Notes: a model not told the origin generated them from the sequence alone. A stretch of DNA of 64,000 bases from Azolla caroliniana (GCA_043228905.1 JBHGNT010000005.1:22134001-22198000), one strand, 5' to 3'; shown: positions 11,066 through 23,800, counted from the stretch's first letter. Program-made: numbers and translations.

Positions 11066-11875
11066 TGTCGTAGTGTATTTCGTACACTACGTGAAAAAGT
11101 AAAAATAATATAACCGATTTAATTACATATAAATAAATAAAATAAGAATATCAAGATATTTATCACGTGCACAAGGCAAGATTCGAACCTTGTACCTCCA
11201 CATAGCCAAATCTCAACTTTACCATTATGCTACCTTATCTTTAGTGTTTTATAAATAGATTTAATAACTATAAGTGCTTTATTTGCGCCTACCTTTATTA
11301 AAAGGTAAATCATGCATTTTTAGAGTGCGTGAATATTTTATATAGAAAAACGCAAGCAACTAAAAAGTGACTCATGCACATCTAGCGTGCATGAGCACTA
11401 TATTTAGCAAATAAAAGCAAGGATTAGAAAAGCATCACATGCATATTTAGTGTGCATGAACATATTAGAAAAAAAAAAGCATGTAGTTACGCTTAGTCTC
11501 TCCCATCACTACATAAGGATGGGGAGCACAATGTAATAGGTGTGAAAAATATTTGGAAACTGGATATGTTTCTAAAAAACACCAATTAATAAACTATACT
11601 CGTGGGATTCACGAGGATTCTATATCATTCTCTTTCAACCCAAATTTATATTCTTATATTCATATTGATTAATCAAATACAATACACTCGTGGGATTCAC
11701 GAGTTTGCTATAACTCTTTCTTACAACATATTTATATTCTTACTAGCCTTATTTGTATTTTTCTTTCTCCTAGTCCAAAACCCCGGTGGTTCCCACCCGA
11801 CTCACGCAAACGATCCGGAGCCGAAAGGCACGACACAGTTGGTGAACCCGACGTGAAAAGGCGGGTGGCAAGGAG

Positions 11876-13669
11876 ATGGAGAATCAACAAGAGGCGATGA
11901 ACATGATGATGATGATGTTCGAGAGAATGCTACAAGAACAACGCGAGATGTCGGAGATCACGACAGTAGTACAACGGCTCGTGCAACAGAACGGGCAATT
12001 CGATGGAAAGGACGTGTCACGCTATCTACGTGACTACAAAATGGAGATGTTGCGATATGGTATCTCAGAAAGATTGCAAGTGTTATCTTTCAACCGGGTG
12101 GCTACGGATGAGCTTCAAGAGAGAATCCACGAGATACGGCAACAAAGCCCGATGTGGGAGTCCTTTGAAGAAGCTATACGAGACACATATGACTATCTAA
12201 GACCGAAGCGGACGAGGACATGGTCCACGAACGGCGGTCAACAGTGGGTGAAAAGCGGCCACCGACTACCACCGAAGGAGAGCTTGATGTGGAAGGGTTC
12301 GGAGATGCATGAAAAGTCACAAGTCGACATTGAAGGGGAGCTTAAAACCGAACCAAAGTCGAGGCCAACAAAGGACGAGGAGGAGGAAGATCGAGGACGA
12401 AAGGGTATCCCCACACCGGTTCCAGAGACTTCGGCGGTTGTGCCCGTGCACCAACGTGAGACCGGAGAGACGGAATGTGTCAGCGGAAAAGTGGAGGACC
12501 GGAAGGGCAACGAGGAAGACAAAGTAAATGAGCACGAACGAAGGGATTCCTTCACCATTGTTTCGGAGACTTCGGTACTGGAGCCCGGGTGTCGACATAA
12601 CACCGAAGATAAGGAAAGTGGCGGCAACGAAACGAAGGTCGAAGCCGATGCATACGAAGGAGAGATAGCCAAGGAGAACATGGCTATGGGTGAAACAATG
12701 GAGGATGATAATACCGAGGATTCCTGCCCACTAATCCTAGAGACTTCGGCGGTTGTGTCCGAGAACCAACGTGAGACCGGAGAGACAGGAGGTGGTGGCA
12801 AGAAAGGTAAAGTCGGAAGCCGGTTCGGATGGAAGGTGATCCGGACGGGATTCCGATCCGAAAGAAAGCCGAACCGGGTAAAAGACGATTCGGCCAAAAG
12901 ACGAACCGAAAGAAAGCCGAACCGGGTGAAAGGGGATTCAACCGAAAGACGACCCGAAAGAAAGCCGAACCGGGTGAAAGGGGATTCAACTGAAAGACGA
13001 CCCGAAAGAAAGCCGAACCGGGCGAATGAGGATTCGGCCGAAAGACGACCCAAAAGAAAGCCGACCCGAAAAGGGGTTGACTCGGTCAAAACCGATCGAC
13101 TGAGTCTGACTTGGCCGAACACGAATATGGATGGAAGCCGACCTAGCCGAAAGCCGATCGGACGAGACCGATCCGGAAAGAAGCTAATCCGACTCAATCG
13201 GAGGTTGGACTGGTCGAGGCTGGTGAAAACGAGGAAAAGAAAGCCAACCGAAACCAAAACCGATAGATCGAAACCGGGCCGGAAGGAGACCGACTCAATC
13301 GAAACCGAACAACCGATTCCGATTCGGCCGAATACGAATCCGATCGGAAGCCGATCAAACCGAAAGTCGATCGGACGAGAGCGATCCGGAAAAAAGTCAA
13401 GGTTGATGAAGACAAGAAAGAGGCCAGTAAAAGACACTACCACGAATGAACAAAGAATATGGTGGATCGGATGGCGACAATGGTTCGGGTGGAAAGAATG
13501 GGTCTACTCAAAATGGAGAGACAAAGTTGACATAGCGGGACAAACAGAGGATGAAGGGGAGACAACGAGCATCGGCAACTTCGGCACATACCGGAGGATG
13601 TGCGGGTTCGGAGGGGGCGAGTGTCGTAGTGTATTTCGTACACTACGTGAAAAAGTAAAAATAATATAA
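11876..13669 (+). CDS. Gag-derived N-terminus fused to acidic and basic repeat-rich regions (597 aa)
   Basis: Open ORF just after the PBS. GQFDGKDVSRYL resembles GRFSGKDATKYL in E4 Gag. An E/D-rich block is followed by 16-aa basic repeats, and the ORF runs through the PPT into LTR2. Confidence 0.7.
   Translation: MENQQEAMNMMMMMFERMLQEQREMSEITTVVQRLVQQNGQFDGKDVSRYLRDYKMEMLRYGISERLQVLSFNRVATDELQERIHEIRQQSPMWESFEEAIRDTYDYLRPKRTRTWSTNGGQQWVKSGHRLPPKESLMWKGSEMHEKSQVDIEGELKTEPKSRPTKDEEEEDRGRKGIPTPVPETSAVVPVHQRETGETECVSGKVEDRKGNEEDKVNEHERRDSFTIVSETSVLEPGCRHNTEDKESGGNETKVEADAYEGEIAKENMAMGETMEDDNTEDSCPLILETSAVVSENQRETGETGGGGKKGKVGSRFGWKVIRTGFRSERKPNRVKDDSAKRRTERKPNRVKGDSTERRPERKPNRVKGDSTERRPERKPNRANEDSAERRPKRKPTRKGVDSVKTDRLSLTWPNTNMDGSRPSRKPIGRDRSGKKLIRLNRRLDWSRLVKTRKRKPTETKTDRSKPGRKETDSIETEQPIPIRPNTNPIGSRSNRKSIGRERSGKKSRLMKTRKRPVKDTTTNEQRIWWIGWRQWFGWKEWVYSKWRDKVDIAGQTEDEGETTSIGNFGTYRRMCGFGGGECRSVFRTLREKVKII
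12860..13075 (+). repeat. 48-bp coding tandem repeat, about 4.5 copies
   Basis: Units like GAAAGAAAGCCGAACCGGGTGAAAGGGGATTCAACCGAAAGACGACCC, translating as ERKPNRVKGDSTERRP. Confidence 0.9.
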
Positions 13670-15440
13670 CCGATTTAATTACATATAAATATATAAAATA
13701 ATATATCAAGATATTTATCACGTGCATAGGGCAGGATTCGAACCCTGTACCTCCACATAGCCAAACCTCAACTTTACCATTATGCTACCTTATCTTTAGT
13801 GTTCTATAAATAGATTTAATAACTATAACTGCTTTATTTGCGCCTACCTTTATTAAAAGGTAAATCATGTATTTTTAGAGTGCGTGAATATTTTATAGAA
13901 AAACGCAAGCAACTAAAAAGTGACTCATGCACATCTAGCGTGCATGAGCACTATATTTAGCAAATAAAAGCAAGGATTAAAAAAGCATGTAGTTATGCTT
14001 AGTCTCTCCCATCACTACATAAGGATGGGGAGCACAATGTAATAGGTGTGTGAAATATTTGGAAATTGGATATATTTCCGAAAACACCAACCAATTAATA
14101 TAATCGTGGGATTCACGAATGTTGCCATCAAAAATTACTCTTATAATCTAAATATTGACTAAATATACTAAACTCGTGGGATTCACGAGATTCTTATCTT
14201 ATAACTCTTTATACCTATCCATTACTAGCCTCATCTCATATTCTTCTTTCTCCTAGTCCAAAACCCCAGTGGTTCCCACCCGACTCACGCAAACGATCCG
14301 GAGCCGAAAGGCACGACACAGTTGGTGAACCCGACGTGAAGGCGGGTGGCAAGGAGATGGAGAATCAACAAGAGGCAATGAGCATAACGATGATGATGAT
14401 GTTCGAGCGGATGCTACAAGAACAACGAGTGATGTCGGAGATCACGGGGGCAGTAAAGGGGCTCGTACAACGAAACGGACAATTCAACGGAAACGATGTG
14501 TCACGCTATCTACGTGACTACAAGGCGGAGATGATACGATGTGGGATACCGGAAGGATTGCAAGTGACATCCTTCAATCGGGTGGCCACGGATGAGCTAC
14601 AAGAGAGAATCCACAAGATATCGGCAACTTCGGCACATACCGGAGGATGTGCGGGTTCGGAGGGGGCGAGTGTCGTAGTGTATTTCGTACACTACGTGAA
14701 AAAGTAAAAATAATATAACCGATTTAATTACATATAAATAAATAAAATAAGAATATCAAGATATTTATCACGTGCACAAGGCAAGATTCGAACCTTGTAC
14801 CTCCACATAGCCAAATCTCAACTTTACCATTATGCTACCTTATCTTTAGTGTTTTATAAATAGATTTAATAACTATAAGTGCTTTATTTGCGCCTACCTT
14901 TATTAAAAGGTAAATCATGCATTTTTAGAGTGCGTGAATATTTTATATAGAAAAACGCAAGCAACTAAAAAGTGACTCATGCACATCTAGCGTGCATGAG
15001 CACTATATTTAGCAAATAAAAGCAAGGATTAGAAAAGCATCACATGCATATTTAGTGTGCATGAACATATTAGAAAAAAAAAAGCATGTAGTTATGCTTA
15101 GTCTCTCCCATCACTACATAAGGATGGGGAGCACAATGTAATAGGTGTGAAAAATATTTGGAAACTGGATATGTTTCTAAAAAACACCAATTAATAAACT
15201 ATACTCGTGGGATTCACGAGGATTCTATATCATTCTCTTTCAACCCAAATTTATATTCTTATATTCATATTGATTAATCAAATACAATACACTCGTGGGA
15301 TTCACGAGTTTGCTATAACTCTTTCTTACAACATATTTATATTCTTACTAGCCTTATTTGTATTTTTCTTTCTCCTAGTCCAAAACCCCGGTGGTTCCCA
15401 CCCGACTCACGCAAACGATCCGGAGCCGAAAGGCACGACA

Positions 15441-17673
15441 GCGGGATGTCGTTTCTCTTCTTCGGGTGCTTCCACAAGTATCCGTCCCGGAGAAAGAATC
15501 GGTACGCTTTCTTCCGGATCCGGTTGGCCTCGTCCTTTGTCCATGACGCGTCCGGCGTCATCGTCCTTAAGAATCCTCCAATCTGCAGCCACTCCCCATC
15601 GTACTTGCTTTCGTTAAAATCGTTAAGCACCGGAGTGCTCCCCCCCTCGGTTGTTACGTAAGCCGCCTCGAAGAAGTCCACGCCGGCTTCCTCGTCCTCC
15701 GAAACCATGCAGCCCTCGTCGTCGAATCGCGCCCTCGAAAGCATGTCGGCCATGGCATTGTCTTTCCCAGAAATGTGTCATATTTCGGATCCAGGGACTT
15801 GATGTACGCTATCCACCTGAGCATTGCCAGGTCCGGGGTTGTGCATCCGGAAACCATGTCGAGAATCGGCAGGCAGTTCGTCTCGATAATCACCTCTGTC
15901 CCGATCAGATAGTCTTTATCGGCCTTCACCGCCGAAACGATACCCCAGAGTTTGCGTTTAACCTGGGCGTATCCTCGTTGTCGCTCGCTGAGGACCTTCG
16001 CACCGAACCAGATTGGGAACCGAATGCCATCCTCATCTTCTTGGTTGACAACCCATCCGATCCCGGTCGGACTCGTATCTACCGTTATGTACACGGGAGT
16101 GCCTTTCTCGTAGACAGCCTTCCGGAGTGCCGGAGCTGCAGCAAGAGCCTCCTTCATCTTTCGGACCGACTCAGTATGCTCGTCTCGCCACTCGAATTTT
16201 CGCCCCTTTTTCAGCAACCCGTATAGCGGCTCGACAACGTGGGCGTAATGCGGGATCCATATGTGGTAGAACGCGCATGCTCCCAAGAACCTCCGTACCT
16301 CCGTGACCGAGTTACAGTCGGGCTTCATTGCGGAGATGGCTTCCACCTCAGCCGGAGACGGTTTCCGGCCATACGGTCCGCATAGATGTCCGACGACCAT
16401 GATCTCTGATTGCCCGAAGGCCGATTTCTCCCCGGAGAAGGTGAGCCTCGTGTCCTCTAGCCTCTGCAGCACCCTCTCGCAGTCGTCAATGTGTGTCGCC
16501 ATGAATTTCCGGCATCCGTCCGGTCCGATCGTTTCGTCCTTTTCCTCCACCGGACATCCCTTGATCGGGATGTCGTCCAAGAATGACATGGTGATGTCCG
16601 GGATACAATCCCTCAGCACCTTGTTCATCGCATTCACCATGTGTGCCACCGAGTTCGTCCCTCCTTGTGGCAGGGTACACATCCGCACTAGGCCGAGAGG
16701 AGTCTGCATCGTCGTAATGTCTCTGCTCTCTACGGCTAGTTGGAACTGATCGTACCCCGAGTACGGATCACCGACCGAGTAGATCGACCTTCCGGCAAAG
16801 GCCTCTGCTAACTCGTCTATCGTTGGTCCGATTCCTGCATTCCGAATGGTCACTCTGTTGACCGGTTGCAGGTCTTGAATGAAGCGCAACGTCCCGTTCT
16901 TCTTCGGTACAGTAAACCACCGGTTCGAGTACAGGGCACTTGACGGTTCGAGGATGCCCATATCGACTTTCTCCCTTAACAACTCCATCAGCTCCGGGAT
17001 GTGAGCTCTTGGTACCGGAATTGGTTTGAGATTCCACGGCACATGCGGTACCGTGAATATCACCATCGGCTTCACGACCGTCGGGTCTACGCACCCGATC
17101 TCTCCCGGGCCTTTCGAGCATTCTCCGAAACTGGTCTTCTTCCGCCGGCAGTAGGAACCCGCCCCCACCGATTTTGAGCTCCCGTAGCATTCTGTCGGTG
17201 AAGGCATGTCCTATGCAAGCCGGATCTCGTAAACTGGGGTCCGACGCGACCCCCTTGATTCGCAACTCGCTGCCCTCCGGTAAGGGTGCCATAGTCTTGT
17301 ACTTCGTGTTAACCCGGGCCGTCCGATCCGACTCGAGCCCTCGACTGAAGTCCGCGATGACTTCATACATCTCTTCTGAACAAACCGGTATCGTCTGGTC
17401 CTCTTTAAGGCCCTCTCCGACCACCTCTCGCAGTATTCCCAAGGTATCGTCGAAGGAGACCGCCTCCACGGCTCCGTTGATTTCCTCGCTGGGCTCGAGA
17501 ACTCCACACGCCCGAAGTCGCTCTTCCGCCCTTGTCTTTTCTCGGCCTATGACGCTGACTATCGTACACCCTCCGTTGTCGGAGAAACAAAACTTCCTAC
17601 TTATGGTACAAGGTTTTCCCGGAGTGTCCGGACTATCGCGGCCCCACGCCTTGACAGCCCTCTCTAAAAATCC
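15441..17673 (-). pseudogene. E3 RT-RNase H (frameshifted, small deletions)
   Basis: ORF 15654-17207 has LRFIQDLQPVN, LPQGGTNS, FLDD, VDTSPTGIG and GYAQVKR. Confidence 0.93.
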
Positions 17674-19787
17674 TCTCGGTTCTCGCCACCGAGGGACTCG
17701 CGGTTTCGCTCGTGGTTCGGTTGCACCGTCAGGAACTGGACCGAATGACGCCTGTCCTGACTCTTGACCCTCAGGTAAGCCGACCCGTTGTCCAGCACCT
17801 TGGTCTCCATTCGCACTACCGTAATGTACGGTTCTCCCAGTATGACCGGGTGCGAGGACGTCTCCTGCACAAAGAAGTGTTGGTCTATCTCGACGTCGCC
17901 GATCTTGACTCGCACGTTTGGGCAGGCCCCGTGTAGTTCCTCGGTGGCGCGCGTCGCCGCTCGTATCTTCCATCCGTGCTTGGTGTTGATTGGCCATTTC
18001 CCCTTCTTGTAGAAGTCCATGGACATCAGGTTTATTTCCGAACCGTGGTCCACCAGCGCCACCACCGGTTCCTAAACATCTCCGATCTTCACCGGGGTTT
18101 CCGTGGTCGCTCGGGCCCAGTGTGGCCTCGAATAGTGGCTCTCCGCCCACTCGTCTTCCAGCGCCATGTCCTCTATGTGCGTCGTCCGCACCTCCACCGG
18201 CCTTTCCGGTTCTGCCTCCGTCGACAGCCTCTTCCTCTTCACCAAGTCTACGATGGAGTCGTGGAACTCCTTCTTGGCGATTCCAAGCACCTCCCGCAAC
18301 GACAATTCCACCTTGCTGTCGAGGATTCGTTCTTCCAGGACCTTTCGTAGGTCCATGGTCCTTTCGATCTCCGTGCCCAAACGGTATCCGCCCTTCTTGT
18401 GGTTATCCCGGGCACTGGACTCACCGGCCTCGTTCCGTTTCGGCCCGAATCGGGTTTCGTATCTTTGTGAGGGTCCGGCCCCTCCGGTTTTACCTACCCG
18501 TTTGTCTTCAACAAGGGCCTCGTAGTTCTGGCAAGCTGCTTCGACGAAACCCGTCTTTTCTTCGACCGGGTCACTCCACCCGGTTACCCCCTGGACCCGC
18601 TTCTCCGCGCGGTCCGCCTCGTCTTTCTTTAGTCGGGCACCGGCGAGGCCTTCCAACACCGTCGGCCAGAACCTGGCTTTGCTCTCCTTCCGGGCCTCGC
18701 TGCCTCCGACCCGAATACCGGCTGACGCTGAGTACTGGATGGTCTCCGCGTGCTGAGTCCCCGCCTCTTCCATCAGCCTTTTCATTCCTCCTCGCCCGTC
18801 GTTCCGGTTCAGGGCCCTCCGGGTATCGGTGGCGTGCACCTGACCTTCTCAAAGCCTCCGTAAAGTCCCCGCAGTCTTTCCGGATGTGGTCGACCTCGTC
18901 GCACCACATGCACCTATTTCCTGCCGGAGGCCGTCGGTCACGAGCCTGATCGCCGCCGTCCCTCCGAGCCTGGGCGATCTGGAGATCCTTTACCGCCCAT
19001 GTCAACTCCTCCAAAGTTGTCCCCCCGGATGAGCCTCTGACCACGCCGGTCGAAGCCGAACCGGTTTCGAACCACTTCCGGGTCTCTTCTCGTCGCGCCT
19101 GCGGTATCGGTTCGAGATTCCTTGCTGCGACAAGACCTGCCCCGGTCGCCCCTGTATCAGCCCACTCCCACCGTTTGTCAAAACGACCGCAGACTCTTTT
19201 TACCGTGGCCCAGTCGGTCGTCAGCCCGTCTTCGGTTTCCAGTAAGGAGCCCACTTGCTCCCGATCTCGTGCGTCAACCGATTTGACAAACAGTAGGACA
19301 CGACTTGTGTCCAGAACGGTCTAATCGAGCGCCAAAAGGTGCGCAAAGCGATCCTAAAACTCCCAGAGGAGTGCCGACGCATTTCTTCCTTTGTCGAGGG
19401 ACTCCACCCACTCCATGAAGCCCCGCTTCAAAAGTCAAAGCGCGTCATCCAGCCCTTATTTCTCCAAGAGCCGTCCTTCGAACTCCCAGGTCCGGCTCTC
19501 CGCCCGGACCACGAGCACCTCCGCATGGATGCCCGGCATCGCCACTCGAGGGAATCCGGCAAGACGCCTCTCTTCTGGAATATCCCTCATCAATATCTCC
19601 GCCCGGTAGGACGCCAAATAACTCGTGGCATCCTTTCCACTGAACCGGCCGATCATATCGACAATCGCCTCAATAGCCCTGTCAAGGGTGCCGGTGCCCT
19701 CGCGCGCGCTCACTATCTGGTCCACGGCCGAAGCCATGGCCTCTGCAAGATCCGACCCCTTCATCTTCTGCTCCTCTGCCGCCTGTT
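17664..19787 (-). pseudogene. E3 gag-protease (broken)
   Basis: ORFs 19456-19791, 18571-19254, 18072-18839 and 17664-18065, with a CCHC knuckle and DHGSE. Confidence 0.92.
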
Positions 19788-20873
19788 TCACGTCGGGTTC
19801 ACCAAATATGTCGCGTAGTTACGCGCGCGCGTGGAGAAACGAGGCGGGACCACCGGGGTCTTGAACCAAAGAGCAGGTGATAGGGGGGGAAAGAGAAGGA
19901 GAGAGACGACCGGTTACGTATGAGCAAAGAAACACAGGGACACGGACCGTCAACGCAGAAAACACGAATGGACACAGAGACAGAGAGACACGAATGTTTG
20001 TATATTAACAGATGACACCAAAAACAACAGAGCACGCGAGCGGTTACAACCGCACAGGCCGACGAACAGATGCCGATGCCTGTTCTTCTGCGCACGAAAG
20101 GGGATAGGATGGAGGTGTTGCCGGAAGCACGCGGTGTCGAGGTATCCCTCACGGATGCGTGGAATGAGGCGGGACCTCGGGGGTCCTGTACCGAAGAGCA
20201 AGAGAGAAAAGGAGAGGGGAAGAGACCCACAAGATGCGAGCGTAGATTCACAGGGACACGGCCCTTCGACACAGAGACGCGAGTGCGACAACGACACAGA
20301 GAGACACGAATGTATGTAGAAATATATATAAACAAGATAGACAACAAGCACGAAGTCGGTTACAACCGAACAGGCCAGCAAACTGATGCCGATACTTGTT
20401 CGTAAACGCTCAGAAAGGAAGGAGTAGGTTGGAGGTGCTACCGGAAGCACTCGGGCATTCCTCAGAGCAGCGCGAGCCTCCCGAAACCTGCACAGATGGA
20501 AGCTATGGAGTCTGTGAACCAGAGAGAGAGAGAGAGAAGCCTTCGCACCCAATCCGACAGCACCTCGTCCTCGACTCCCCGCGATCCTTTTATAGGCAAG
20601 GAAGGAGCCGTTTCCCCTTTACTCCCTACCTACCGAATCTACCTAGGATCTCCTACGTACAACTTAAGGCGCACGTGCACGAAGAGTCGGTTTCTACGCT
20701 CCGGTGCACGGATTCCGCTCGTGGACGGTTTTCTTCACGACACCCGCCCCCACCTAACCGCGCATCCACCGGCATGCGCCAAATTGTGTTGGGACGGAGA
20801 AAACCGGTCCAACCTTCATTCTTCGCCCGTCGGTTCTTCCTCAGTTTCGGATCGCTCGTCGTCGCGGTCCAAG

Positions 20874-23800
20874 TCAACCGGATCCGGTTCGTCGTCGTGA
20901 CGCTTCTTGAACGCTTTGATCCGCTTTGATCCGCTTCTTGAACGCTACCGGTATCGCCATTCTCATACTGTCGAGTTCCGCCAGATGGTACGTCCCGTTG
21001 TCGTTGGCGCTTTGTACCACGTAAGGCCCGAACCACCTTCTTGCGAACTTCCGTGTCGCTCTGTGCTGGTTGTCAAGGCTGCTGTCGTAGACTAGCACCC
21101 AGTCGCCTTCCTCGATCTTCTTCGGTCGGAGCCGGTGCGTTCGGTCGAACCGGGCTTTGTTCCTCATCCTTGCTTCCCGAAGCTTTTCCGCAACCCGCTC
21201 CACGTCCTCCGGTCTTCGCTCGAGCTGTCGTATATGCGCCGCCAGCAGTTCCTCCCGGCTCATCTCGTCTCTCCAGTCCACGGTTGCCCACGAGGAGATC
21301 GTACGTTCCATCGGCATGACCGGCTTCTGCCCAATCATGAGTTCTGCCGGCATGAACCCGGTTACCGAACTGTGCGTAGTTCGGTCCGCCCACAACGCGT
21401 AAGGCAGCAGCCGCAGCCAGTTCTCGACTTGACCTCCGCATGCCCGAACTAACGCCTTGACGATCGGTCTGTGTCTGCGCTCCACCTTTCCATTCGCCTC
21501 CGGATTGTACGCAGTGGTAAGCGAGAGCTTGACTCCTAGCCGGTCGAACAGCTCCTCGGCCTCTTCGGCGTGCAACTCCCCGCGATCAGCCACTATCTTC
21601 TCGACGCACCCGTACCGGCATATCATGTCCTCGATCAGGAACTAACACACGGCCGCGGTCGATTTGTTCTGAAGGGCTCGGCCTTCTACCTGGTTCGTCA
21701 GATCTTCACGAGCTAGGACCAGATACCACATCTGTCCTACTCCCATCGGCATCGTCACCAGATCTACCATCCATTTGAAGTGGATGGTCGGAGGGTACGT
21801 AGGGTGAAGCTCGTCCCGATGTCGGACTATGGAGTGCATCTGACAGCTCTTGCAAGTTGTCACGAACCGATGCACGTCCCGGTACAGTCCCGGCCACCAG
21901 TACTTCCCCTTTATCTTCTCGAACGTGGCCCACGTTCCACGGTGTCCAGCCCAAGGGCTGTCGTGGTAGGCCGTCAGCAGCTCCTCTTGTTCTTCCTTCA
22001 TCGCCACCACCCGGAGCGGGACGCCGTTCCTCTTCTTCGGGTGCTTCCATAAGTATCCGTCCCGGAGAAAGAATCGGTATGCTTTCTTCCGGATCCGGTT
22101 GGCCTCGTCCTTCGTCCATGACGCATCCGGCGTCATTGTCCTCAAAAATCCACCGATCTGGAGCCACTCGCCATCGTACTTGCTCTCGTCGAAGTCGTTA
22201 AGTGCCGGAGTGCTCGTCCCATTGGTCGTTAGGTATGCCGCCTCGAAGAAGTCCACGCCGACTTCTTCGTCCTCCGAAACCATGCCGCCCTCGTCATCAA
22301 ACCTCGCCCCCGAAAGCATGTCGGCCATGGCGTTGTCCTTTCCGGAAATGTGCCGTATTTCCGGGTCCAGGGACTTGATGTACGCTATCCACCTAAGCAT
22401 CGCCAGGTCCGGTGTCGCGCATCCGGAAACCATGGCGAGAATCGGCAGGCAATCCGTCTCGATAACCACTTCTGTCCCGATCAGGTAGTCTTTGTCGGCA
22501 TTTACTGCCGAAACGATACCCCAGAGTTCGCGTTTAACCTGGGCGTACCCTCGCTGTCGTTCACTGAGGACCTTCGCGCCGAATCGGATTGGGAACCGAA
22601 TGCCGTCCCCGTCTTCTTGGTTGACGACCCATCCGATCCCGGTCGGACTCGTATCCACCGTTATGTATACCGGGGTACCCTTCTCGTAGATAGCCTTCCG
22701 AAGCGCCGGTGCTGCCGCAAGAGCTTCCTTCAGCTTCCGGACCGACTCCATGTGCTCGTCTCGCCACTCGAATTTTCGCCCTTTCTTCAACAACCCGTAT
22801 AGCGGCTCCGCAATGTGGGCGTAATGCGGAATCCATATGTGGTAGAACGTGCATGCCCCCAGGAACCTCCGAACTTCCGTAACCGAGCTACAATCGGTCT
22901 TCATCGCGGAGATGGCTTCTACCTTTGCCGGAGACGGCTTCCGGCCATAAGGTCCACATAGGTGTCCGACCACCAGGATTTCCGATTGCCCGAAGGCCGA
23001 TTTCTCCCCGGAGAAGGTTAGCCTCGCATCCTCTAGCCTTTGTAGCACCTTCTCGCAGTCGTCGATGTGTGTTGCCACGAATCGCCGACATCCGTCCGGC
23101 CCGACTGTCTCGTCCTTCTCTTCCACCGGGCATCCCTTAATCGGGATGTCGTCCAGAAATGGCATGGTGATGTCCGGGATGCAATCCCTCAGTACCTTGT
23201 TCATTGCATTCACCATGTGGGCCACCAAGTTAGTCCCTCCTTGTGGCAGGGTACACATTCGCACTAGGCCGAAGGGAGTTCGCATCGTCGTAATGTCTCT
23301 GCTCTCCACGGCTAGCTGGAACTGGTCGTACCCTGAGTACAGATCACCGACCGAGTAAATCGACCTTCCGGTGAAGGCCTCCGCGAACTCGTCTATGGTC
23401 GGTCCGATTCCTGCGTTCCGAATGGTCACTCTGTTGACCGGCTGCAGGTCTTGAATGAAGCGCAATGTTCCGTTTTTCTTCGGTACGGTAAACCATCGGT
23501 TCGAGTATGGGGCACTCGACGGTTCAAGAATGCCCATATCTACTTTCTGCTTCAATAGCTCCATCAACTTCGGGATGTGAGCTCTCGGTACCGGAGTCGG
23601 CTTGAGATTCCACGGCACATGAGGTACCGTCAATATCACCATCTGCTCCACGATCGTCGGGTCTACGCACCCGATCTCTTCCGGTGAGAATGCGAAGGCT
23701 TTCTCGTGCCTTCCGAGCATCCTCCGAAACCGGTCTTCCTCCGCCGGCAGTAGGAACCCGCCCCCACCGATTTTGAGCTCCCGGAGCGTCCCATCGGTGA

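Larger units (their letters stand above)
11066..15440 (+). mobile_element. E5: non-autonomous three-LTR element
   Basis: LTRs 11066-11835, 13622-14318 and 14671-15440; two tRNA-Trp PBS; two PPTs; a single TSD GCGG (11062-11065 and 15441-15444). Confidence 0.95.

Noticed and set aside
11168-11239. Functional tRNA gene
   Set aside because: No convincing anticodon arm, an imperfect T-arm and acceptor stem, and divergent spacers between families. Kept only as a promoter-like module.
12860-13075. CRISPR-like array
   Set aside because: Contiguous coding repeats without unique spacers, no cas genes, eukaryotic context.
12238-13443. 401-aa antisense ORF
   Set aside because: Mirror of the stop-poor repeats of the plus-strand ORF; no domain features.
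16768-18150. 460-aa ORF as a separate gene
   Set aside because: It is the off-frame protease region running into the real -1 pol frame, not an independent protein.
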